The notes under the pieces are model-generated. The model did not search any database. It had not been told where the DNA came from and worked only from the letters and a program-made list of their open reading frames with translations. This document shows, piece by piece, positions 12,301 through 24,600 of a DNA stretch of 64,000 bases. Every line of letters begins with the position of its first letter. The stretch's first letter is position 1. The position numbers and the translations under genes were made by a program. This DNA is from Eledone cirrhosa (taxonomy: Eukaryota): the NCBI GenBank assembly GCA_964016885.1, contig OZ024743.1, positions 358,298,001 through 358,362,000 on the forward strand, in the 5' to 3' direction.

Positions 12301-14758
12301 AGCACCACCAACTTACCTTCTGGATCCAGGAATGTGGCCCGTATGGCGAGATCCAAACCTCTCCGAAAAAGCACAGCAACTCCTCCCCCCAATCCAGGAC
12401 GGCTGGGAGATGCGTACACATCGTAGCCGCCGAAGATCGGTGCGAAGGCCCGTGCTTCGGAGATTCTGGTCTCGCTGATGGCCACTACATCTATGTTTAG
12501 TGACCTGAGGTCGTTGAGCAGGTGGCCCTGCTTCCATGACGACCCCAAGCCACGCGCATTTATGCTGCCTATTCTGAGTCAAGTCATGTTGAAAAGGAGT
12601 GGAAAAGATGGGAAAGACCACTTACCTTACTTCTCGTAGGGGAAGGACGGCTTTTCCATCCTTTTCACTGCTTGTGGCCTCCTCAGGAAGGATGTCCTTA
12701 TAAATCCTCCTGGAGAGTGCTTGTCGGAAGTCTCCGATGTCTTTGGAGAATTTTTGTTTTAGTGTCGTGTACATTTTCTGTGTGATGCGAGTGATTTGTA
12801 TGTGTGGAGGTGGTGTGAACTTTTGGGGTTGTTGTGTAGTCTTTTTCTGTGATGCTGGTGTTGTGTTGGATGTAGTGTAATAATTGGTTGTTGTTCAAAT
12901 TTAATGCTGTGTAGTGTGTATCGTTTTGGTTGTTTTGTTTTGTTTGCGTTTGTTGTGGGTTTGTTTCTGTTTCGCTTTTTGGTGACTTTTGTGGTGTTGG
13001 TGATGGTGGTGTTGGGGTTAATGATGGTGATGGTGTTGGTGTTTGTGGTGATGGGGTTGGTGATGCTGGTGTGGATGGTGGCATATCTGTCCTAACTTTT
13101 TTGTTTGATAGTTTATTTGTTTCCCTCTGTATTTTGTTTTTGGAGGGCGAAGGAAGAGAATTTTTTCTTTTTTGGTTTCTTTTTTCTTTTTTCCTGATAC
13201 CGTTTCCCACTCCTCGTCGTCACAATCTGTCTCCAGTTGTGATAGGCCGGGGAGTGTAAAATCCTCCACAGGCGTTGGTTTTGGTTGTGGTGTGGTGGAT
13301 GCTGTAGGCGCTGGTGCTAGTTCTGGCGCGTTAGGTGATGGTGGTGTTGCTACTGTTGCTGGGGTTGTTGCTGTTACAGTTGCTTCTGTTGTTGCTGCTA
13401 CAGTTGTTGCCATTTCTGCTGCTGGTGGTGTTGATGGTTGAGTCACTGGGGTGGGTAAGAGAGGTGGCCTCAACCTTTTAGCCTGAGGGCAGAAATCCCT
13501 TAGGTGGGTTCCTTCACCACAAACGACACACTTAGGCCTTCTGCCCTCAACGATTACGGTGAGGGGGCTGCCGTCAGTGAGGTCTATTACCTCTGGGATC
13601 TCCTCAATGCTTTTTTGGTCCGCTTGGATCAGGAGCTCCATCCCAGATCCTGACCAGTTCACCTGCTTTTCTTTCGTTATTTCGGTTATCTTGGTGTTAG
13701 CCTCGATGTTGGCGAGGACGGCAGCCTTTAGCCAGGGAATTTCGATGGCCAGTGGAACGTGGGTCACCATGATCTTCACGAGTCTCTGGCCACAATAGCT
13801 TGGGTCGAGTGTGAAGTCGTCACTTCTTAATGGGGCCATGGAGTGTTCTCTGGCCTCATGTGGTGTTTCAAAGAACACATCCACGGTTCCATATTTCTGC
13901 CCACGTCTGATGTGGGGGTTTTTTGCCAACACATGTCCCAAAGCTTTTTGAATTTGGGACTCGGATGCCCGTTACACTCGGCGCGATTTTATGTTATTCG
14001 TCCGATAAGACACGGTGCATAGGCGCCGATGCACCATTTTATTAGGTGGGGGGTGAGGCTGACCCTGTACCCATCTTTCTTTACCATTCTCTTGGCTTCA
14101 TCTAATTCCTCCTGGGTTACCTAGATTGCTTCGCACTTTTTGGCTACTCTGGCAAAAGACAGGGTGGTTTTCTTATTCTCATTGTTGTCGTTGCTGTTGT
14201 TGTTATCGTTGTTATTGTTATTTTTAGTTTCCGTTGTGGTGGTGGTGGTGGCATCAGTGGTGTTCGGTGTGGAAGAGTCCATTTTGGGTGATTCCATTTC
14301 GATGTCACGAGATAATTTATTGTTTTCTTTTGTTTCTGTTGTCGCTGTGGTGGTGGTGGGGTGGCGGCTTCAACACCTGCAGTCATTGGTAATGGCGGGA
14401 AATGAATGTCTGCATGAGACAAATTTAAATTATTGCTACTGCTTATATTTTTAGTGTTGGCAAACGTAGTAATATTTACAATGGTGGTGTCAGTGTGAGG
14501 TGTTAGTTTGTGAGGAAGGTGTGACTGTGAGTCGTCCATGATTATTTTTCAAAGAAATTTTTGTTTGATAATTATAAAAGTTTAAATTTTGGTCTCAAGG
14601 CCCCAATCTTTTTGAGTGTCCTTTTCAGAAAACAATGTATGTGCACTTATATACAGTTAACAATAAAAAATTTTCCATAAATGGCAATTTTAAACAACTG
14701 AAAACAACAAAACTTTGCGGAGCTCACGATAATACGATTTTCTACGTAGGTCGCCAAA
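9370..14758 (-). mobile_element. Tx1-clade LINE copy T2 (both ends present, decayed, ~450-bp deletion in ORF2)
   Basis: ORF2 pieces nearly identical to T3 ORF2 (third codon is now TGA); ORF1 14539 to ~12622 with CVVCGEGTHLRDFC; AATAAA plus TTA tail; (TAA)n at both ends. Confidence 0.92.
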
Positions 14759-14785
14759 AATAATAATAATAATAATAATAATAAT

Positions 14786-17383
14786 TTTAAAAAAAACATA
14801 GACACTAAAAATAGACTGGAAATAAAGTACAAAACTAGGAGGAAAAAGCTAAATATTATCATAGAGGAACTGAAGCAACGCATTGTAGCAAAGAGTGCAA
14901 AAATCAGGCGATACGAGAACAGAGTCAGTCAGTATAGACAGAACCGCATGTTCGACAACAACCAGAAGATGCTGTTTGGACAGCTTGAAGGGAAAGAAAG
15001 AGGCAACGACTTGATCCCTGAGGCGGAACAAACTAAAACATTCTGGAGAGGAATATGGGAGCAGGATGTTAAACATAATGACCAGGCAGTGTGGATTGAG
15101 ACTACAAAAGGAGATTAGTGAACAGGCACACCAACAAACTGATTTGAGTATCACAGTTGAAACTCTTAAGGAGCAGGCCAAAAAACTAACCAACTGGAAA
15201 TCACCATGCCCAGATGGTATTGGATTAAAAATATAACATCCCTCCACCCGAAACTGACAGCCATGTTCAATGGCTGCTTGATGTCAGGTGAGGTACCAGA
15301 GTGGTTGACAAAAGGTACCACAGCCCTGGTAATGAAAGACCGAATTAAGGGTAATGGTGTTACAAACTATAGACCTATCACATGTCTGTCCGTAATGTGT
15401 AAACTGCTGACAAGCATTGTGTCTGAGGAAATCTACCATCACCTGCACACAAACAACTTGTTACCGGACGAACAGAAAGAATGCCGAAAGAAGTCCCGTG
15501 GTACAAAGGACCAGTTACTTATTGATAAGATGGTAATGAGGAATTGCAAGAGGAGACACACTGGTCTTGCCATGGGATAGATAGACTACAAAAAGGCATT
15601 TGACATGGTGCCTCATTCTTGGATCACCAAAAGCCTAGAGATCTTCAGGGTGGCAGATAACATCAGACAGTTGTTGAGCAAAAGTATGAAGTCCTGGAAA
15701 ACAGAGTTAACATCAGCTGGAGAATCCTTGGGAGGCGTGAAGATGAAGAGAGGTATCTTCCAGGGAGATAGTCTGTCCCCTCTGTTGTTTGTCCTTGCCC
15801 TGATGCCCCTGACCATTATACTGCGAAAAGTGAGAGCAGGATACAAGTTGGGAAAGGGATAGCTTACCATCAATCACCTCCTCTCCATGGACGATCTTAA
15901 GCTCTTCGGGAAGAGTGAGGAGTTGGATGTGCTTGTTGACACTGGTCGTATTTTCAGCAATGATATATGTACGCAATTTAGTATTAGTAAGTGTGGAGTC
16001 CTTGTGATGAAGAGGGGTAAATTGAGCAGAAGCAACGGAATCCAGGTACCAACAGGTGAGATGATAAAGGAAATTGACACTGAAGAAGGATACAAGTATT
16101 TGGGTGTTCTGGAGGCTGATGACATCAAAAACAAAAAAAGGAAGGAATTGATAAGATCTGAATACATTCGGAGAGTAAGGAGCATATTAAAGTCACATCT
16201 GAACAGTAGGAATGCCATAAGTGCAGTAAATTCCCGAGCTGTGTCTATTATTAGGTACAGTGCAGGAATTCTGAGATGGAATGTTGCTGAACAAAAAGAA
16301 ATGGATAGGAAGACTAGGAAGCTATTGACTATCTACAACATGTTCCACAAGAGGAGTGATGTCGATAGACTCTACGTAAGGAGATCTGAAGGTAGAAGAG
16401 GTCTTATCAGCATAGAGGACTGTGTTCAGATGGAGAAAAACAACCTACACAAATACGTGACCGATAGTAAGGAGCCATTGCTCAGAATTGTACTGAAGGA
16501 GAGGACAATAGACCAGGGGATGTCCAAAGAGGAAATAACAAGGAGAAAGAGCCTTCATGAAAAGTCCCTTCATAGTACCTTCTTTGAGAAAACGGAATTC
16601 AGAGATCCACAGACATGGAACTGGTTGAAAAGAGATCTTTAAAAAGCTACAGAAGGAATGCTAATGGCTGCGCAAGAGCAGGCCCTCAAAACGAAGTGGC
16701 TGAAACACCAAATTTACAAGGAGGAGGCTAGCCCACTGTGCAGGATCTGTGGAGAGAGAGAGAAGACTGTGGCTCACATTGTATCCGAGTGTAAACACCT
16801 AGCCCAGACTCACTATAAAGGCTGGAGACATGATGTGATGGGCAGGGTGATCCACTGGCACCTATGTAAAGTAAACAATTTACCACATTCTGAGAAGTGG
16901 TATGAGCATAAGCCAGAGTCGGTGATAGAAAACGATCAGGTGAAGGTGCTGTGGGATTTTAGGATACAGACGGACAAAAAACTGGAACACAATAGACCTG
17001 ACCTGGTGGTTGTGGACAAGGAAAAAGATCGTGCCTGATTGTGGATGTGGCCTGGCCATTCGACACGAGAGTGCAAGAGAAGGAGAGGGAGAAAATTAAC
17101 CGATACCAGGACTTAAAGTGGGAGGTAAAAAGGATTTGGAACTGCCATGAAGTCAAAGTGGTCCCGATTGTCATAGGCGCACCAGGTACTATCTCAAGGA
17201 GTTTCCAGGGTTGGTTAAAGAAAATTGGCCCCGCCCCGCTTTTTGGATCACTTCAAAAGGCATGCTTGCTGGGAACAGCAAGAACCCCCGATACGTCCTG
17301 AATATCTGAGGCTGCAGGTAGTGGCTTGATATTCATTTCAACAAACTTTCCAGTTAACTAACATCAATCACTGAGACTCAAAG
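14786..17383 (+). mobile_element. R4/Dong-clade copy D2, 5'-truncated, multiple stops and frameshifts
   Basis: YRPITCL, GIFQGDSLSPLLF, MDDLKL, YKYLG, CCHC and PD..D endonuclease motifs. Confidence 0.92.
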
Positions 17384-17509
17384 AAGAAGAAGAAGAAGAA
17401 GAAGAAGAAGAAGAAGAAGAAGAAGAAGAAGAAGAAGAAGAAGAAGAAGAAGAAGAAGAAGAAGAAGAAGAAGAAGAAGAAGAAGAAGAAGAAGAAGAAG
17501 AAGAAGAAG
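17381..17509. repeat. (GAA)n microsatellite at a Dong/Tx1 tail-to-tail junction
   Basis: Pure run of about 43 units. Confidence 0.98.
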
Positions 17510-17810
17510 GATTTCTTTATTAACCACAAGGGTTTACATAAAGTAGACATTAAGGACAGTGCAGGACAATACAGGACGGTACAAATGGGCATTTCTGCGT
17601 GTAAAAAACAAAAACAGAGGATGTAACAAAAAAATAACAATGAAAAATTCCCCAATAGGGGGAGACTTCGGAGGGATATTTGTGGAGAAAGTCCAGTAAA
17701 AGGCCACAGTGACCCTGACCACCAAGGCAAGTGCCCTCTCCCAGTTTTCCACCTTTAATTTACAGACACATACTCAGAGTAGGCCCATTTACTCGGGCCA
17801 TTCTTGCTTC
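17510..17810 (-). mobile_element. Tx1 3'-end fragment (~300 bp)
   Basis: Matches T3 3' UTR and the last ORF2 codons (EARMARVNGPTLSMCL*); followed by (TAA)n at 17811-17868. Confidence 0.92.
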
Positions 17811-17868
<58 letters not shown>

Positions 17869-17870
<2 letters not shown>

Positions 17871-18777
17871 TTTCTTTATTAACCACAAAGGTTTACATAA
17901 AGTAGACATTAAGGACAGTGCAGGACAATGCAGGACGGTACAAATGGGTATTTCTGCGTGTAAAAAAACAAAAACAGAGGATGTAACAAAAATAACAATG
18001 AAAATAACAATGAAAAATTCCCCAATAGGGGGGAGACTTCGGAGGGACATTTGTGGAGAAAGCCCAGTAAAAAGCCACAATGACCCTGACCACCAAGGCA
18101 AGTGCCCTCTCCCAGTTTTCCACCTTTAGTTTACAGATATATACTCAGAGTCGGCCCATTCACTCGGGCCATTCTTGCTTCTCTCACCCATCTTTCAACA
18201 AAATGCTGGGAAGAGAGCACTTCCTTCTCTACTCTGATTTTCCTTTTCAAATGAAATTTGAAAAAGTCAATCAGAGCATCACCGAAGAGGTAAGTGCTCG
18301 TCTTCAGCCCTTTCAAACGTGTCCACCATACTATCTCTTTCGCCATGGCCACCAGACAGATAAAAACTGCCTGCCCTTCCCGGCTAAAGGAGGAGGGCGG
18401 GGCAATCCTCACGATAGACTCAGATGATAGCTGGATCCGTCCTAAACGCGACAGCAGGTGTTCGACATAAACCCACAAGTCAGCAATTTTCGGACACTGG
18501 ACGAGTGCGTGCAGGACGGTTTCGTCGCCCTGCGCGCATCTCGGACATGCCCGGCTGACGGCACCTCCATGCCTGTAGAGTTTATCCCGAACTGGCAAGG
18601 CTCCTCGGTAGCACTGCCAGGCCAGAGATTTCTGGAAGTTGTCCATAGGCCCCGGCCCGAAAGTTCTTCCGAAGAGATTGGCTAGTTGATTTTCGTCGAC
18701 GCCTAGAGTTTCCCCAAGTACGTCGTCGCTCTTCCCCTCCACTAATCCTCTATAGAACGCCGAGGTGGAGTTTCCAC
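17869..18777 (-). mobile_element. Tx1 3'-end fragment (~900 bp)
   Basis: ORF 18131-18742 matches the T3 ORF2 C-terminus including CPRC..ETVLHALVQC; full 3' UTR. Confidence 0.92.
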
Positions 18778-21381
18778 TAATAATAGACTGGAAATAAAAT
18801 ACAAAACTAGGAGTAAAAAGCTAAATATTATCATAGAGGAATTGAAGCAACGCATTGTAGCAAAGAGTGCAAAAATCAGGCGATACGAGAACAGAGTCAG
18901 TCAGTATAAACAGAACCGCATGTTCGACAACAACCAGAAGATGCTGTTTGGACAGCTTGAGGGCAAAGAAAGAGGCAACGACTTGATCCCTGGGGCGGAG
19001 CAAACTAAAACATTCTGGAGAGGAATATGGGAGCAGGATGTTAGACACAATGCCCAGGCAGGGTGGATTGAGACAGTACAGAGGGAGATCGGTGAGCAGG
19101 CACAGCAACAGACTGATTTGAGTATCACAGTTGAAACTCTTAAGGGACAAGCCAAAAAACTAACCAACTGGAAATCGCCAGGCCCAGATGGTGTGCAGGG
19201 GTATTGGATTAAACATCTAACATCCCTCCACCCGAAGCTGACGGCCATGTTCAATGACTGCTTGGTGTCGGGTGAGGTGCCAGAGTGGTTGACAAAAGGT
19301 ACCACAGTTCTGATAATGAAAGACCGAATCAAGGATAATGATGCTACCAACTATAGACCTATCACATGTCTGCCCGTAATGTGGAAACTGTTGACGAGCA
19401 TTGTGTCTGAGGAAATCTACCATCACCTCCACACAAACAACTTGTTACCGGACGAACAGAAAGGATGCCGAAAGAAGTCACGTGGTACAAAGGACCAGTT
19501 GCTTATTGATAAGATGGTAATGGGGAATTGCAGGAGGAGACACACTGATCTTGCCATGGGATGGATAGACTACAGAAAGGCATTTGACATGGTGCCTCAT
19601 TCCTGGATCACCAAAAGCCTGGAGATCTTCAGGGTGGCGGATAACATCAGACAGTTGCTAGGCAGGAGTATGGGGTCCTGGTAGACAGAGTTGACATCAA
19701 CTGGAGTATCCTTGGGAAGCGTGAAGATCAAGAGAGGTATCTTCCAAGGAGATAGCCTGTCCCCTCTGTTGTTTGTCCTTGTCCTGATGCCCTTGACCAT
19801 TATGCTGCGAAAAGTGAGAGCAGGATACAAGTTGGGAAGGGGAGAGCTTACCATCAATCACCTCCTCTTCATGGACGATCTTAAGCTCTTCGGGAAAAGT
19901 GAGAAGGAGTTGGATGTGCTTGTTGACACTGTCCGTATTTTCAGCAGTGATATATGTATGCAGTTTGGTATTGGTAAATGTGGAGTCATTGTGATGAAGA
20001 GGGGTAGGTTGAGCAGAAGTAACGGGATCCAGATACCAACAGGTGAGATGATAAAGGAAATTGACTCTGAGGAAGGATACAAGTATTTGGGCGTTCTGGA
20101 GGCTGATGGCATAAAGAACAAAAGAATGAAGGAATTGTTAAGAACTGAATACATTCGGAGAGTAAGGAGCGTATTGAAGTCACATCTGAACAGCAGAAAT
20201 GCCATAAGCGCAGTAAATTCCCGAGCTGTGTCTATTATTAGGTACAGTGCGGGAATTCTGAGATGGAATGTTGCTGAACAGAAAGAAATGGATAGGAAGA
20301 CTAGGAAGCTATTGACTATCTACAACATGTTCCACAAGAGGAGTGATGTCGATAGACTCTACCTAAGGAGATCTGAGGGTGGAAGAGGTCTTATCAGCAT
20401 AGAGGACTGTGTTCAGATGGAGAAAAACAACCTATACAAATACGTGACCTATAGTAAGGAGCCAATGCTCAGAGCTGTACTGAAGGAGGGGACAGTAGGC
20501 CAGGGGATGTCCAGGGAGGAAATAACATCAAGGAGGAAGAGCAGCCTTAAGGGAAAACCCCTTCATAGTACCTTCTTTGAGAAAACTGAATTTAGAGATC
20601 CACAGACATGGAACTGGTTGAGAAGAGGAGACCTCAAAAAGGCTACAGAAGGAATGCTAATGGCTGCGCAGGAGCAGGCCCTCAAAACGAAGTGGTTGAA
20701 GCACCATATCTACAAGGAGGAGGCCAGCCCACTGTGCAGGATCTGTGGAGAGAGAGAGGAGACTGTGGCTCACATTGTGTCCGAGTGTAAACACCTAACC
20801 CAGACCCACTATAAGGGCTGGAGACACGATGTGATGGGCAGGGTGATCCACTGGAACCTGTGCAAAGTAAACAATCTACCACATTCTGAGAAATGGTATG
20901 AGCATAGGCCAGAGGTGGTGATGGAGAACAATCAGGTGAAGGTGCTGTGGGATTTTAGGATACAGACGGACAAAAAACTGGAACACAATAGACCTGACCT
21001 GGTGGTTGTGGACAAAGAAAAAAGATCGTGCCTGATTGTGGATGTGGCCTGCCCGTTCGACACGAGAGTGCAAGAGAAGGAGAGGGAGAAAATTAACCGA
21101 TACCAGGACCTAAAGTGGGAGGTGAAAAGGATTTGGAACTGCCATGAAGTCAAAGTGATCCCGATTGTCATAGGCGCACTGGGGACTATCTCCAAAAGTT
21201 TCCAGGGATGGTTAAAGAAAATCGGCCCCTTCACGCTTTTTGGAACACTTCAAAAGGCATGCTTGCTTGGAACAGCAAGAACCCTCCGATACGTCCTGAA
21301 TATCTGAGGCTGCAGGTAGTGGCTTGATATTCAATCCAACGGACTTTCCAGTTAACCAACATCAATGACTGAGATTCAAGG
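18778..21381 (+). mobile_element. R4/Dong-clade copy D3, 5'-truncated, best preserved
   Basis: Single reading frame 18842-21307 broken only by TAG at 19682-19684; ~75-nt 3' UTR; (TAA)n tail at 21382-21441. Confidence 0.95.
18842..21307 (+). pseudogene. D3 RT + CCHC zinc finger + restriction-like (PD-D/ExK) endonuclease
   Basis: WKSPGPDGV, YRPITCLP, WIDYRKAFDMVPH, GIFQGDSLSP, FMDDLKL, RHD, NRPDL; ORFs 18842-19684 and 19691-21307 are in the same frame. Confidence 0.93.
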
Positions 21382-21393
21382 AATAACAATAAC

Positions 21394-21443
<50 letters not shown>

Positions 21444-21685
21444 TTTCTTTATTAACCACAAGGGTTTACATAAAGTAGACATTAAGGACAGTGCAGGACA
21501 ATGCAGGACGGTACAAATGGGCATTTCTGCGTGTAAAAAAAACAGAGGTTGAAATAAAATAACAAAGAAAAATTCCCCAATAGGGGGGAGACTTCCAAGG
21601 GACATTTGTGGAGAAAGCCCATTAAAAGACCACAGTGGCCCTGACCACCAGGGCAAGTGCCCTCTCCCAGTTTTCCACCTTTAAT

Positions 21686-24600
21686 TTACAGACACATACT
21701 CAGAGAAGGCCCATTCATTCGGGCCATACTTGCTTCTCTCACCCATCTTTCAACAAAATGCTGGGAAGAGAGCACTTCCCTCTCTACCCTGATTTTCCTT
21801 TTCAAATGAAATTTGAAAAAGTTAATCAGGGCATCACCGAAGAGGTAAGTGCTCGTCTTCAGCCCTTTCAAACGTGTCCACCATACTATCTCTTTCGCCA
21901 TGGCCACCAGACAGATAAAAACTGCCTGCCATTCCAGGCTAAAGGAAGGGGGCGGGGCAATCCTCACGATGGACTCAGCTGATAGCTGGATAGGTCCTAC
22001 ACGTGACAGCAGGTGTTCGACATAAACCCACAAGTCAGCAATGCTCGGACACTGGACGAGTGCGTGCAGGACGGTTTCGTCGCCCTGCGCGCATCTCGGA
22101 CATGCCCGGCTGACGGCACCTCCATGCCTGTAGAGTTTATCCCGAACTGGCAAGGCTCCTCGGTAGCACTGCCAGGCCAGAGATTTCTGGAAGTTGTCCA
22201 TAGGCCCTGGCCCGAAAGTTCTTCCGAAGAGATTGGCTAGTTGATTTTCGTCGACGCCTAGAGTTTCCCCAAGTACGTCGTCGCTCTTCCCCTCCACTAA
22301 TCCTCTATAGAACGCCGAGGTGGAGTTTCCACCGATCACATTGTCCGATTGGTCGAGGGCTGTGAGCGCCTGAAGACATTCCAGTCTCCAGGCGCTCCCT
22401 CTCGGTCTTCGCTTGACCCAGGACTGCAGCTCCGTCAAGGAAACGAGCTGGGGAAAAACGCGTCTAGCAAACGGCGACCACACCTGATCACCGTCGAGGA
22501 AGAGGTGGAGATGTCGTAGCCTGAGCGCGTGCCTGCGCATCATCAGCCACGGCATGCCCAGCCCTCCACGTAGCGGGTGTTGACAACAGATGGACCGCCT
22601 GACCATCGGAGCGCGTCCCTTCCACAAAAAGCGAAAGAGCAAACGCTCCAGCACAGTCAGGCGAGGCTTAGGACAAGGTACGACGGTCAGGCGGTAGCAG
22701 ATGACGGACGCGATGTACGCGTTAGCCACCTCCGCTCGACCTTTCAGGGATAGCTTCCTCTCGGCCCATTTCTGGGTGAGAGAAGCCACCCTGCTCGTCA
22801 CCTCGTCCCAGTTTTTGTCCGTCTGGAGGTCCGGACCGAACCAGACCCCTAGCAATTTAACCGGTCCGTCCGTCCAGCGTCCGACGACGCTGTTGGACGG
22901 CATGGACCTGCCTCTCCAGGTGCCGAGCTGCAGGCCCACTGACTTTTCCTGGTTGATCATTGCTCCTGTCACCGCTTCGTATTCTCTTAGTGTAGTGCCG
23001 ATCGCCTCGATGTGTTTGGCGTTCGACACCACTACGGTGACATCGTCCGCATATGCTGATACGGATCTTCCGCATCCTAGTTCGCGCGGGACCCCCCTCA
23101 ACGTCTCCAGTTTGTGCAGTAATGGCTCGAGAGTCAATACGTACAAGAGGGACGAGAGGGGACATCCTTGGCGGACCGAGCGCATGATGTTGAACGGTTC
23201 CGACAGGTGACCGTTCACTCTCACCACAGAGCAGATGTCGCTGTGCATGGCAGCGATCCAGCCTCTGAAGACGGGCCCAAAGCCAGCCGCCCTCAGGACT
23301 GCCGCTAGGTAACGATGGTCGACCCTATCGAAAGCTTTCGACTGATCTAAATTGATCAAGGACCCACCCGTGCCAGGTTCCCTAGCTACCCTCTCTACGA
23401 TGTATCGCATGAGGTGGAGGTTGTCGTGGATGGATCTGTCGGGAATGGCGCATGTCTGCGCCTCTCCCACCAGACCACCAACGACAAGCGCCAACCTCTT
23501 TGCTAGCACCTTGGCCAAAATCTTAAACTCTGTGTTTAGCAGAGTTATGGGCCGGAAATTGTCTATGTTATCCCCCTTGTTCGGATCCTTTCTCAGCAGT
23601 GCCACCGCTCCTCGGCTCACAGAACTGGGAATTCTCCCGTTCTGTTGCCAGTTGCAGTAGACGTCTGCCAAGAGGCCTCCGAACAAGTCTGGCATCTGTA
23701 CGTAAAGTTCATAGGGCAGACCATCCAAACCAGGCGATTTACCCCTTGTGCAGCCAGTCATTGCCTCCCTTACTTCAGCGGCTGTTATCGGCTTTTCGCA
23801 ACACTTCGCCTCAGTGGCCGAGAGCCGCGGCAGTCCGTCGAGGTAGACACTAAAGTCCATCCCTCTACCCGGCCCCCCGCTGCCCCCGAACAGCTGAGCG
23901 AAGTGTCGCTGAAAAGCTTCACACATTTGCCCGGGATCGAGTAGCATGCGCCCGTCGTGGTCCACCAAAGACCGGATCGTGGCTTTGTTGCCACGACGCG
24001 CCTCCGCCACTCGGGCCCATTGAACGGCTTTCGTCCCCTCGTGTCTGAGAGCACGCACCCTAGCTCTGACAACGCAGCCTTCGTGCTTTGCATTGAAGAA
24101 TTGGTCAAGGGCCAATTTCGCCGCAAGCACGTCGGTCGCAATGCCTTCGCTAAGCGCCTCGTCTAATTTTCTAACTAGTTCTCCCTCTGCTCTATTTTTC
24201 TCTATTGCTAAAGCCTTACTAAACCTAATCGATTCTATTCTAATCGCTCTTTTCAGAGCAAACCACCACTTGTTGTTGACGATGGCCCCCGTCAACGCCC
24301 GCTTAACTAGTTCGCTAATCCGGTCTCTGTAGGCCTTGCGCGCTGGTAAGGACGCGTTTAGCTTCCAGTAGCCGGGTCCTCGTCTATGAAGCCTATCTAG
24401 GTCAAGCACACATATCACGAATTTGTGGTCCGTGTAGCTGACTATCTTGAATTGTGGACAGCCTATGCTAGACCTATCTATTTCCCTACAAAATACTCTA
24501 TCTAGATATGATCTGGATGACCCTATGCGGTTTGTCCAAGTCCACATTGGCACATTCGGGAAATCCAATCGGTACCTGTCAGACAGTTCAAAACGCCTGA

